64,000 nt of DNA from Waddliaceae bacterium (GCA_963783885.1 CAWAPJ010000019.1:19824-83823); one strand, 5' to 3'; counted from the stretch's first letter, positions 52,367 through 61,685 are shown. Translations and numbers: made by a program. Notes: generated by a model from the letters alone, not told the origin.

Positions 52367-52927
52367 ATGGCACTAAAACAAACTCAACGGACGAAATTAT
52401 TGCTTATCCATGATGTGGAAGATCTCGGACGCAGCGGAGATATCGTTGACGTCAAGCCGGGATATGCAAGAAACTTCCTTCTTCCTAAAGGTTATGGAAG
52501 GAATGCCGACAAGCAGACTTTGAAATTACAGCAGAGTCTTCAGGAGGAAAGAGCCAAACGGGCTGTCGTGGATAAAAAAGAATCAGAACAACTTGCCGCG
52601 CGCATTGAAGGCATGACGCTGAGCACTGTAGTCAAAGTTGACCAGGAAGGCCATATGTTTGGTTCTGTCTCCCAGCTTGATGCGGTCCGTCTTCTGGAAG
52701 AACAGGGGATCGAAGTGACTAGAAAAATGGTTTTGCTTCCCCACCCGATTAAGGAAACAGGTGTTCATACGATTGAACTGAAATTGAAAGAGGATGTTCC
52801 CGCATCCATTACAGTCAAGGTAATCCCTGACACTGCGGAAGGGATGCCCGAATTGGAAGAAGCTCCCGGTGCGCCCCCCGAGGCGACTCTCACGGAAGAA
52901 GGGACTCTTACAGAAACAGAGGAATGA
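52367..52927 (+). CDS. rplI: 50S ribosomal protein L9 (with an acidic C-terminal extension)
   Basis: LLIHDVEDLGRSGDIVDVKPGYARNFLLPKG is present. Confidence 0.92.
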   Translation: MALKQTQRTKLLLIHDVEDLGRSGDIVDVKPGYARNFLLPKGYGRNADKQTLKLQQSLQEERAKRAVVDKKESEQLAARIEGMTLSTVVKVDQEGHMFGSVSQLDAVRLLEEQGIEVTRKMVLLPHPIKETGVHTIELKLKEDVPASITVKVIPDTAEGMPELEEAPGAPPEATLTEEGTLTETEE

Positions 52928-53706
52928 AGCTTCGTTCTCCTGCAAAGATCAACCTGTTTTTGCATATTCAAGGCAAGCGCCGTGATGGCTATCACGAGCT
53001 TGCCTCTTTAATTCAAGCTGTTTCTCTTTTTGATGAAATTTCAGTCGCTCTTTCCGATGCCGATTCCTTTTCCTGCAGCGATTCCTTTTTGCAAAACTCC
53101 GACAACCTCGCGATCAGAGCCCGAAATTTATTTCGAAAAAAGACAGGGATCCATCAACCCGTTGCGATCTCTCTGAAAAAAAATATTCCTGCTGAAGCGG
53201 GTCTTGGAGGAGGCAGCGGAAACGCTGCGACTGTGTTTTGGGGAATGAATCGGCTCTTCGGCGAGCCTGCAGAAGAGACAGAGCTTCAAATGTGGTCGGC
53301 CGAATTGGGATCGGACATTCCATTTTTCTTTTCATGCGGGACGGCCTACTGCACCGGCAGGGGTGAAGTCGTCCAAAACATCGCGCCTCTTGTCCCTCAA
53401 AAATTAGCCATAGTCAAACCGGAAACGTCTCTTTCGACAAAAGACGTTTATTCGCATGTTAAAGAGGCCGCGCCTAAAAATTCGGAACTTGCCCTGCGCC
53501 AGTTTCTCGTGGGAAAGCCCTGCTATCAAAACGATCTGGAAGTGCCGGCATTCCATTTAAAGCCCGAGCTCAAGCAGATCAAAGAAAATCTCCTCTCCCT
53601 TCATCCACATGTTCTCATGTGCGGTTCCGGTTCGAGTTTTTTTTACTTATCTGAAAAGCATGAATCCATTTTTTATATCAATCGCAGAAAAGGCGAATGG
53701 TATTAA
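52924..53706 (+). CDS. ispE: 4-diphosphocytidyl-2-C-methyl-D-erythritol kinase
   Basis: SPAKINLFLHIQGKRRDGYHEL and the GHMP motif PAEAGLGGGSGNAA are present. Confidence 0.9.
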   Translation: MKLRSPAKINLFLHIQGKRRDGYHELASLIQAVSLFDEISVALSDADSFSCSDSFLQNSDNLAIRARNLFRKKTGIHQPVAISLKKNIPAEAGLGGGSGNAATVFWGMNRLFGEPAEETELQMWSAELGSDIPFFFSCGTAYCTGRGEVVQNIAPLVPQKLAIVKPETSLSTKDVYSHVKEAAPKNSELALRQFLVGKPCYQNDLEVPAFHLKPELKQIKENLLSLHPHVLMCGSGSSFFYLSEKHESIFYINRRKGEWY

Positions 53707-53768
53707 TGTTTTAAAAAAGCGAAGAGCGTGCGGTTTTCAAGAGTGTAAACCGTTCTGTTATCTTCGAA

Positions 53769-55214
53769 TCAGGAATGGTTAGGAAATTCAAGGAGCTTAT
53801 GAAAATTTTTCGCATATGTTTTGACGTCGGGCTGAAGTTCCACTTCAATCCAGGGAACGATTCCCTTTTTCCATGTCGGCGGCTGAATTCCTTGAAACAG
53901 ATAAACCGCTTTGATCAGCATCTCGGCTATTGAGGGATCGCCCCTTTCCCAGGGCTTGGCTCTGCAGATCCACCAAAAGATTTCTCCGAGTTTTTCATTA
54001 AGCTGCGACAGGTCCTCCATTTTTAATGCTTCCTGATAGAGTTTGTCTGTATGTATGAGGATTTTAGCAATATATTTCGGTTTCGTGTGATATACGATTT
54101 CGAATGGAATGATAATGCTGGAAAGAGGGAAAGCATAATTCTCAATTTTACCGATTGTGGTAACAATTTGCGGATGATTATCTTTCCAGCGATACAAATG
54201 CAGAAAAGGGGAATTTTTCTCGGTTTTTTGGGTTTTTGCCCATTTTAGCACTTTTAGATATTCATTATTGAGTTCAGTTTTGTAGTCGATTTTTCGATTG
54301 AGGCCATAAACATAGGAAAGGCGATTTTTGCCGATGATATCTATTGCAAAATCGCGCCTAAAACGGCTCAAGACTGCCAGCATTTGGTGGAATGTCCAAT
54401 GAGATTTGATTCCGAAAGCGCCAATTTGAGAGCCTTGGTGCATGCAAGATCCGTAGAAGACTTGATCGTCATCTACGAACTCGGATTTTTTTATGAATTC
54501 TTCATTTCTAATAACGTAATGATTCCACTTTTCAGTTTTTTTAAAGGGAAATTTAAAGTAAATGTCATTCATGTCAAATTCGGGATCTAAAGCAAGAAAG
54601 AGCTGCTTTTCTTGCGAGGAAAAATTTTCCAGATAAAGTTTATCTAAAAGTTTTTGATAGTTGTTGGATTGGAAGGGTTTTCCGCTGCTTAAAAATCTGT
54701 ATGTGATGATAGAATCCGCAAAGTCATGTTGAATGATTTGTTTAATATCGTCTTTCGTATATCCTAGCTCCAAAAGTTGTTTTATTTCTGAATAGTCGGA
54801 AAGCTCGAGCTCGGATGCGATGATGATAGCTTCGATTTCTTCGAGCGACTCGACGGATTTGGCTTCGAATATTTTGAGGAGTTTTTGGCTTTTGGCTTTA
54901 GTTAATTTAGCGATGAACTCTTCCGGAGAGTAATAAGCGATTCGAACTTCCTTCGGAGTTAAGTTTTTCCTTAGAAGAGTATGTATTTTTTCAAATGTTT
55001 CAGGGGAGCCGTACTTGAGATGAAACTCATAATTCTGTAATTCATATTTCCTATCGAAATAGATTGCCGATTCGAGAAATTGTCTCGTTTTTTTGCCTGT
55101 AGAGAGAATGATTTGTTTTGCTATTTGATCGACAGAATGTTTATTGTTTTTATTAAAATGAAGCTGTTTTAGTTTCTTAGCAACATATTTTTGTTTTAAA
55201 TCAATTGGTTCCAT
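53769..55214 (-). CDS. Hypothetical protein (481 aa, AT-richer; effector candidate)
   Basis: This is a long ORF with protein-like composition. The C-terminal block is GEIFWWICRAKPWERGDPSIAEMLIKAVYLFQGI. I cannot name a family. Confidence 0.55.
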   Translation of the reverse strand: MEPIDLKQKYVAKKLKQLHFNKNNKHSVDQIAKQIILSTGKKTRQFLESAIYFDRKYELQNYEFHLKYGSPETFEKIHTLLRKNLTPKEVRIAYYSPEEFIAKLTKAKSQKLLKIFEAKSVESLEEIEAIIIASELELSDYSEIKQLLELGYTKDDIKQIIQHDFADSIITYRFLSSGKPFQSNNYQKLLDKLYLENFSSQEKQLFLALDPEFDMNDIYFKFPFKKTEKWNHYVIRNEEFIKKSEFVDDDQVFYGSCMHQGSQIGAFGIKSHWTFHQMLAVLSRFRRDFAIDIIGKNRLSYVYGLNRKIDYKTELNNEYLKVLKWAKTQKTEKNSPFLHLYRWKDNHPQIVTTIGKIENYAFPLSSIIIPFEIVYHTKPKYIAKILIHTDKLYQEALKMEDLSQLNEKLGEIFWWICRAKPWERGDPSIAEMLIKAVYLFQGIQPPTWKKGIVPWIEVELQPDVKTYAKNFHKLLEFPNHS

Positions 55215-55312
55215 ATAAACATTATAATGTTTTCATTATTTTAATTTCTCTAAAAAAATGCTTTAAAAATAGGCGCTAATTCGGCAAAATATCCCTATTT
55301 AAGAGGTGAGCT

Positions 55313-56299
55313 ATGAAGCTATATAACGACCAGTATATTGTCGTCACGGGAGGAGCGGGATTTATCGGCTCTTCGGTGATTCGCGAGCTTAATAATCAGG
55401 GGCTTGTGAATATAATCGTCGTTGACGACTTTAAAAAGACGGAAAAGTGGAAAAATCTGGTCGGCAAGCGGTATGCCGACATGATCTCGAGGCATGATCT
55501 GTTTTCCTGGCTTGAGGGGAGGGCGCCGGCTGTCGAAGCTTTTGTCCATCTGGGGGCTTGTTCAAGCACAGTGGAAAAAGACGCCTCCTATTTATTTGAG
55601 AATAATTACCGTTTCAGCACACGTCTTGCTGAATATGCAATCGATCATGGCCACCGCTTTATTTATGCCTCTTCAGCGGCCACTTACGGTTCCGGCGAGG
55701 AAGGGTTTTCCGATGATGAAGATAAGCTTGAGGCGCTGCATCCCCTGAATATGTACGGCTACTCCAAACAGATGTTTGACCTCTGGCTGAAAAATCAAGG
55801 GGTTTTGGATAGGGTATGCGGTCTGAAATACTTCAATGTTTTTGGTCCGAACGAATATCATAAAGGGCGCATGTCTTCGGCAATTCTGCACTTTGTCGAT
55901 CAAATCAAAACATCGGGAAAAATCCGCCTCTTCAAATCCTCGCAGCCGGATAAATATCCCGACGGGGGGCAGATGCGGGATTTTATCTACGTCAAAGACG
56001 CCGCAAAAATTACAGCCGATCTTTTGAGGAAGGATGTTTTCGGCATCTATAATTTGGGAACGGGACAGCCGAGCACTTGGCATGATTTGGGTGAGGCGGT
56101 GTTTCAGGGAATGAATCAATCCCCGAAAATCGAATTTGTCGAGATGCCGGGCGATCTCAAAGGAAAATATCAGAATTACACCGCTGCCGATATGGGAAAG
56201 TTAAAAAATGCTTTTGGAGAAGACCTGAGGTTTACACCATTTCACGAGGCTGTTATAGAATATGTAAGCGACTATTTAGTTCCGGAAAAATATTGGTAG
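55313..56299 (+). CDS. hldD: ADP-L-glycero-D-manno-heptose 6-epimerase
   Basis: IVVTGGAGFIGSSVIRELNNQGLVNIIVVDDFKKTEKWKNL parallels the E. coli HldD N-terminus. The YSKQ catalytic Tyr-Lys is present, and the length is 328 aa. Confidence 0.85.
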   Translation: MKLYNDQYIVVTGGAGFIGSSVIRELNNQGLVNIIVVDDFKKTEKWKNLVGKRYADMISRHDLFSWLEGRAPAVEAFVHLGACSSTVEKDASYLFENNYRFSTRLAEYAIDHGHRFIYASSAATYGSGEEGFSDDEDKLEALHPLNMYGYSKQMFDLWLKNQGVLDRVCGLKYFNVFGPNEYHKGRMSSAILHFVDQIKTSGKIRLFKSSQPDKYPDGGQMRDFIYVKDAAKITADLLRKDVFGIYNLGTGQPSTWHDLGEAVFQGMNQSPKIEFVEMPGDLKGKYQNYTAADMGKLKNAFGEDLRFTPFHEAVIEYVSDYLVPEKYW

Positions 56300-56303
56300 G
56301 ATT

Positions 56304-57617
56304 GTGAATTTATCAGGCATTTTTAACAAGATAACCCGCAAGAGAGTTTTGGTGATCGGCGATTTTATGCTGGACGCCTACACGATAGGACAGGCAAAAC
56401 GCATTTCTCCGGAGGCACCGGTAGCTGTTGTCAAGGTGGAAAGGACAGAAGAGCGGCCGGGCGGTGCGGGCAATGTCGCCTTGAATCTCAAATCTCTTGG
56501 CCTTGATGTTGCGGCTATCGGGCGGCTGGGAGCCGACGACTCGGGAAAGCGGCTTGCCGCATCGCTTAAGAGCGAAGGGATCCTCATGGAGGGATGCGCC
56601 ATCCAGGGCTCCTATAACACCCCGGTTAAAAACCGCGTTATCGCTTCAAATCAGCAAATCGTCCGAATTGATTATGAAGAAACAACTTCCCTTCCCGAAC
56701 AGTTGGAACAGCAGGTGATTGAAGCTCTGCCAAAACTTCTCGAAGAGGTTAGTGCAGTGGCCATTTCCGATTATGGCAAAGGGTTCTTAACAGACACGCT
56801 TCTTGCCGCATTGATCAAACTTGCCCGCAAAAACTCCATTCCCGTGATTACAGATCCCAAGGGAGCTGATTTTTCCAAATATGCCGGGTCGACGCTGATC
56901 AAACCAAATTTCGCTGAAGCGGCTGCCGTTTCAGGGCTGGATGCAAACGCTGATTTGGACCTGATCGCTCAAAGCGTATTAAATCGGTCGATGTGCGATA
57001 GGCTGATCATCACAAGATCTGAAAAGGGGCTTTCGGCTTTCGATAAAAAGGGGAATCGGGAAGATTTTCCAGTCAAAATCCGCAAGGTCAAAGATGTGAC
57101 CGGCGCCGGTGATACAGTTCTGGCAATACTCACATTCGCTCTTGCTAACGGCCTACCGATACCCGCCGCCTGCCGGCTGGCCAACATTGCCGCCGGGCTG
57201 GCAGTAGAAGAGCTCGGCTGCGCGAGGATTACTCTGCAGGCTCTCGCGGAAAGGCTTTTGGAAGACGATGTCGAAAACAAAGTTTTCGACGATCAGCATC
57301 TATATGCTCTTCAAGAGGTGCTGAAAGGTCGGGATGTGGTTTTGATGGGCATCGAAGAAAATACAAAGGTGTCGATCGATTTATTAAAAGCGATCAGGAC
57401 ATGCAAGGAAAGCGGCCGAGACCTGATCCTCTATTTGCGCGATCAGAAACCGTGCAGGGACTTGATTCATATTCTGACAGGTTTAAAAGAGGTAGACTAT
57501 CTCATCCATCATGGAGAGAGCTTCCGCAAGCTCTGCCGTATGATTCATCCCGCAAAGGTTTACATTTTTGGAGAAGGAAAACTGAGCACAATCGAAGAGC
57601 CCGCGTTTCTTATGTAG
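56304..57617 (+). CDS. hldE: HldE-like protein: D-beta-D-heptose 7-phosphate kinase domain plus a degenerate adenylyltransferase-like domain
   Basis: Domain I shows VLVIGDFMLDAY...RISPEAPVAV...ERPGGAGNVALNL and VTGAGDT. Domain II aligns with HldE domain II (VVLMG.., DRLIVAVNSD~RDLILYLRD, EAVDWVV~KEVDYLI), but GVFDILHAGH is replaced by GIEENTKVSI. Confidence 0.75.
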   Translation: MNLSGIFNKITRKRVLVIGDFMLDAYTIGQAKRISPEAPVAVVKVERTEERPGGAGNVALNLKSLGLDVAAIGRLGADDSGKRLAASLKSEGILMEGCAIQGSYNTPVKNRVIASNQQIVRIDYEETTSLPEQLEQQVIEALPKLLEEVSAVAISDYGKGFLTDTLLAALIKLARKNSIPVITDPKGADFSKYAGSTLIKPNFAEAAAVSGLDANADLDLIAQSVLNRSMCDRLIITRSEKGLSAFDKKGNREDFPVKIRKVKDVTGAGDTVLAILTFALANGLPIPAACRLANIAAGLAVEELGCARITLQALAERLLEDDVENKVFDDQHLYALQEVLKGRDVVLMGIEENTKVSIDLLKAIRTCKESGRDLILYLRDQKPCRDLIHILTGLKEVDYLIHHGESFRKLCRMIHPAKVYIFGEGKLSTIEEPAFLM

Positions 57618-57627
57618 AGGATGATAT

Positions 57628-59001
57628 ATGGATTACAATCTTCAGTTTATGTGGAAAAGGCAGCCCGACGCGGAAAATCTGGCTCTCAAGATTTTAGACG
57701 CCTGCCTTGACGGCCATTCAGGCCTCCAGAAACTCAATCACGACCTCCATGTGATGACAAGCACCCGCCTTTTTGATTGGGTCGACCATCTTATCGTCAG
57801 CTCCTCGCACGAGCTGCTGCAGTTTCTTCAAAGTTCCGGCTATGAGGAAGAAGGGAAGTTTTCCGATTGCATTTCCTACCGCCATCCGGGAGCTCAGCTT
57901 CCGACACTTGTTGTGGCCGAAGAACCTGAAAACGTCATGGGCTGCGCTGTCAAAGTCGAGTCGATAGCCGATTTCCTTATGGCTCATGGATTGAGACGAC
58001 CGATTGAAGGAACTTTTTTCAGTCCTTACCGCCGAAGCTTGGTTGAAGAAGAGAACAATATCTCGTTTTGGGTTGTCGAGAGGAGGGGCACTCGCACAAT
58101 GGAGCCCTCCAGTCCATCATGGGAATACACCACCGATTATCTTGAGGCGATGGAGCTTTGGCAAACGAGGCCGCGTGAGTCAAAAGATGAGCAAGCGGAG
58201 ATTCAGCAGGCTGTCGATCTGGCCAAAGAAATGGTGTCGCAGGTAGGTCGCGACGTCGCTGCCTGGATTGTCTGCGAAGGGGAGAGAAAGTATTGGCAGT
58301 CCCGCAATCTGGCAGGGCAGATTCAAAAGGGGCGTCAGGATCGTCTGGGCATGGGCTGGGCCAACCACGACCACCACACCTTCCGTTCATCGAGAAAAAA
58401 TTTCGTTAAGCTTGTGGAGCTTTTTGAGACCCTGGGTTTCTCTTGCCGCGAGCGTTTCTACGCCGGCGAAGAGGCCGGCTGGGGAGCGCAGGTGATGGAA
58501 AACACGAACGCTTCGCTTGTTCTTTTTCTCGACGTCGATTTAACTCCAGACGAGGTGGCCATCGACTTTGCCCACGAGCCCCTTCCCGAGCCCTCTACGC
58601 TTGGCACCGTCGGCCTTTGGTGTGGATTGCACGGCGATTCCATTCTCAAGGCCGGCATGCACCACTTGGAAGCGCAGTTTAACTTTGACGACTTAAAGCA
58701 CGACCTTTCCCGCCTCGGCATCGGTTTGATGGACCCGTTTAGCGACTTTTCTTATCTGAGGCAGGCATTCACCCAATCGGAAATGTGGAAAGTCGATCCT
58801 GCAAGAATCGACGCCCTCCTGCAAAAAAATTTGATCACCGCCGAGCAGGCCGAAAAGTTTTTGGAAGAGGGGGCTGTCGGCAGTGTCATGGAGAATCTCC
58901 AGCGTCGCGAAGGATATAAAGGCTTCAATCAGAAAAATGTCAGCAATATCTTGCGCCGCACCGATCCGCGCCGCGGCTTTGCCAATAATGTTAAATTTTA
59001 A
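57628..59001 (+). CDS. Conserved hypothetical protein (possible VOC/DUF1338-like metalloenzyme; weak)
   Basis: This 457-aa ORF starts 10 nt after hldE. The His-rich block WANHDHHTFRSS and HHLEAQF suggest metal binding. The family guess is weak. Confidence 0.5.
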   Translation: MDYNLQFMWKRQPDAENLALKILDACLDGHSGLQKLNHDLHVMTSTRLFDWVDHLIVSSSHELLQFLQSSGYEEEGKFSDCISYRHPGAQLPTLVVAEEPENVMGCAVKVESIADFLMAHGLRRPIEGTFFSPYRRSLVEEENNISFWVVERRGTRTMEPSSPSWEYTTDYLEAMELWQTRPRESKDEQAEIQQAVDLAKEMVSQVGRDVAAWIVCEGERKYWQSRNLAGQIQKGRQDRLGMGWANHDHHTFRSSRKNFVKLVELFETLGFSCRERFYAGEEAGWGAQVMENTNASLVLFLDVDLTPDEVAIDFAHEPLPEPSTLGTVGLWCGLHGDSILKAGMHHLEAQFNFDDLKHDLSRLGIGLMDPFSDFSYLRQAFTQSEMWKVDPARIDALLQKNLITAEQAEKFLEEGAVGSVMENLQRREGYKGFNQKNVSNILRRTDPRRGFANNVKF

Positions 59002-59010
59002 GGAGAATTT

Positions 59011-59772
59011 ATGAATATCGAGCCAATAACTACAACCAACTTGGCCAGAACTTTTGCCGATCAATTGCCCGATCAATTGCTCATTCCGATTTTTGACTAT
59101 TTAGACCTTCAAGATAAAGCTTCGACTCCACTCGATTGCAGGGAGTGGCTTCAGAAGACTTCGGATGAATTTCTTTGGAAGGTCGTTTGCGTGAGCCGGG
59201 GGATCATTGAAAAACCCGATGATATGACATGGGAAGATAAGTCGGTATGTCTGATGACATTTGATGAGGCGCTAAAAATGCCAAAAACTAACAAATGGAG
59301 GATCACTGGTTTTATCGACGAAGTGATCAAAAAATATCCCAATGCGATAAGCTATGACTTCAATCCCCAAGACCCCGCGTCTTCAATGCACATACCTGAA
59401 GATAAAGCATTCCTTATCGGCATAGATCAAAATAAGCGTCCCTTCCTTAGAGTTAGATCGGCATTTCTCCAAAAACCTTACATTAGGCCAGTTGATCACA
59501 CTCTAAAGCCGTTCCCCCTAACTTTGCATTCCGATTTTCGCGTTAGCGAGTTCAAAGCCGATGGGAATATTATCACAGTATTGGGGAATTTGATGGCTGG
59601 ACATATCATTGGTTTAATCAAAGGAGAAACCCTTCCAACAGGGAGTGGTTTATTAGTCATTGACTTACCTAATCAGGGACAAAGCGAAGCAGAGCAAGCG
59701 GATCCCCCTCCATCTGAATTGACAGCTGCCTCGGTTGCATATGCCGTTAAAAGCATGTGTCTACTATTTTAG
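59011..59772 (+). CDS. F-box domain protein (eukaryote-like)
   Basis: Residues about 19-60 read LPDQLLIPIFDYLDLQDKASTPLDCREWLQKTSDEFLWKVV, which fits the F-box consensus (LP.E/D.L..I..YL...DL......V/C.. W......LW). Confidence 0.7.
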   Translation: MNIEPITTTNLARTFADQLPDQLLIPIFDYLDLQDKASTPLDCREWLQKTSDEFLWKVVCVSRGIIEKPDDMTWEDKSVCLMTFDEALKMPKTNKWRITGFIDEVIKKYPNAISYDFNPQDPASSMHIPEDKAFLIGIDQNKRPFLRVRSAFLQKPYIRPVDHTLKPFPLTLHSDFRVSEFKADGNIITVLGNLMAGHIIGLIKGETLPTGSGLLVIDLPNQGQSEAEQADPPPSELTAASVAYAVKSMCLLF

Positions 59773-60224
59773 AGGCTTTTTCGGATGTAGATGAGTTTTT
59801 CTACGCTGGCTGCGACGATCCCATCTTTGTCTGCCAGCTCGATGGTGTAGGTCAATTCGATCGACTTTTGGGTTTCGAGGTCTTGTTTTATTTTTGCAAT
59901 CTCTTGAGGGGTCAGGTTCATTGTCGCATAGAGGGTGGACTTGCCGGGCCTTTTAAATTGGATGCGGGCCGCTTTGTCCCAAACGATGTAGTCGGGCCCC
60001 AGGATTTTGATCAGCATCAGCATGTAGAGGGGATCGACTGAGCCGTAAAGGCTTCCTCCGAATATGGTTCCCACGTAATTGCGGGTTTTCCAATTTAAGG
60101 GGAGCTTGACACGGATTTGGTGCCAGTCGGATGCGATAAAGACCACTTTGCCTCCGGTTCCCCGGTAGCAGGGGTACCAGTTCAAAAAATAGCGGAAAGC
60201 CCATGTCGCCCATGATTCCTTCAT
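59769..60224 (-). CDS. DUF4442-like hotdog-fold (thioesterase-like) protein
   Basis: YPCYRGTGGKVVFIASDWHQIRVKLPLNWKTRNYVGTIFGGSLYGSVDPLYMLMLIKILGPDYIVWDKAARIQFKRPG matches my memory of DUF4442. Confidence 0.6.
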   Translation of the reverse strand: MKESWATWAFRYFLNWYPCYRGTGGKVVFIASDWHQIRVKLPLNWKTRNYVGTIFGGSLYGSVDPLYMLMLIKILGPDYIVWDKAARIQFKRPGKSTLYATMNLTPQEIAKIKQDLETQKSIELTYTIELADKDGIVAASVEKLIYIRKSL

Positions 60225-60294
60225 ACTGACTTCTTATACAATTTTGACTATTTTGTTTATTTCTTTATTATAAGGAGAAAAATAAGGATATATC

Positions 60295-61137
60295 ATGGCA
60301 CTGCTCGGTCAGTTAAAGAGACGTTTGGGGAGGGGGAGCGCCGCAAATGATGAAACAGGCCTTCGGGGAAACGCCATTCTCTCCGAGATGGCGCGCGACA
60401 GGGGCCAAGCCCCCGCAAAAGCCGATAAAGGGCTCGAGGAAAAGGCCAAACGTTCGCTTGAAAACTTCTATGTTCCCGAAACGATCGATGTGGGATCAAT
60501 TCGCCCTCTTGCTGTGCCGGAGAATCCGCCCCCGCCTCCTCTGAAAAAAGCTGCCTTCCCTCCTCCAAATGAAGAGTGTCAACTGGAACTCGATATAGGG
60601 GACCGGCTTCTCGAGGCGCCGCCATTTGGCAAAACTGTGGATCTGGGAAAGGTCTCGGATGATCAGTGGCAGCGCGTCCTCGAGGGGTATCTTGTCCCTT
60701 GGGCCTTGTACCGGCAGGGGCTGGTCTCTTTTGAGGAAATTGAAGAAAGGCTGGAAAGGGTCAGCCTCGATTTCAGTCCGGAGTTTTCCCAAAAGCTTGA
60801 CGAGTCGCTGCACTTGAGCTTTGTCCGAGTGGAAAATGATCTCTTTGCCGTAGATCCGGCGACCAAGCGGAAAGCCGAACAAGTGATCGAGAAGGCGGCC
60901 TCTTATTTTTATAGGGACGAGATTCGCTATCCTCTTGGCGATTTGGTTCATTGGATCGTCAAAGAGTTTGCGATGTCTTGGGAAAACTTTCCTGCGGAGT
61001 TTGTTGAGAAATGCCTTACGCTGAGTTCTCGTTTCACACTCTATCGCGAAGTGACCTGCGAGATCTGCATTCGCGAAAATCTTATGACGCAGGCGTCGCA
61101 CCTTCGGCAGTGCTCCCCTTCGGGTGTGGGGTCATAA
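60295..61137 (+). CDS. Hypothetical protein with a proline-rich segment
   Basis: This is a 280-aa acidic ORF containing PENPPPPPLKKAAFPPP. The antisense ORF 60496..61101 is Arg-rich and shadow-like. Confidence 0.55.
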   Translation: MALLGQLKRRLGRGSAANDETGLRGNAILSEMARDRGQAPAKADKGLEEKAKRSLENFYVPETIDVGSIRPLAVPENPPPPPLKKAAFPPPNEECQLELDIGDRLLEAPPFGKTVDLGKVSDDQWQRVLEGYLVPWALYRQGLVSFEEIEERLERVSLDFSPEFSQKLDESLHLSFVRVENDLFAVDPATKRKAEQVIEKAASYFYRDEIRYPLGDLVHWIVKEFAMSWENFPAEFVEKCLTLSSRFTLYREVTCEICIRENLMTQASHLRQCSPSGVGS

Positions 61138-61685
61138 CAGCTAAAAGTAAGGTCAACCGGAACTTTGAGTTCACCGGCTTTTTCCCAAATTTGCTCCTTG
61201 GTCATGTGCAAAAGGGGAGTTGCCAGTCTCGGAGCCTGCACGGAGACATTGGCAAGGACATTTTGGTATGCCTCGACAGCTTGGGGGGTACAGTCGGGGT
61301 ATCCGAACTTGTCATGGGCATTTGGGCCATAGTATATTTCTTTCGCTCCTCTTATTTCCGCCTGGCCGAGGGCATAGGCAATGAAAATGGTGTTTCTTGC
61401 CGGAACATAGGTGGAGGCGACACCGCCTTTCTCGATATCCTTAAGGCTTCTGTCTTTCGGAACGAATCCGGACCCTGATAAGGGCATCGGATCAATATGC
61501 ATGATCTGGTGGATGGCGCCATAATGCTTGGCAAGCTTATGAGCGTATTCCAATTCAACCTTATTCCTTTGGCCATAATCGAAGCTGAGAGCCAAAATTC
61601 TTTTGTTCTCAAGAGAAAGCATGGCCAAAATCAGGGCGGAATCAAGCCCTCCGCTTAGCAAAACTATCGCGTCAACTTTTTCCAT
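61041..61685 (-). CDS. queC: 7-cyano-7-deazaguanine synthase, paralog 2
   Basis: MEKVDAIVLLSGGLDSA, FDYGQRN, TYVPARN and the C-terminal CYDPTPEGEHCRRCDAC are present. Its start overlaps the queE stop (TAATG). Confidence 0.88.
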   Translation of the reverse strand: MEKVDAIVLLSGGLDSALILAMLSLENKRILALSFDYGQRNKVELEYAHKLAKHYGAIHQIMHIDPMPLSGSGFVPKDRSLKDIEKGGVASTYVPARNTIFIAYALGQAEIRGAKEIYYGPNAHDKFGYPDCTPQAVEAYQNVLANVSVQAPRLATPLLHMTKEQIWEKAGELKVPVDLTFSCYDPTPEGEHCRRCDACVIRFSRMQISQVTSR

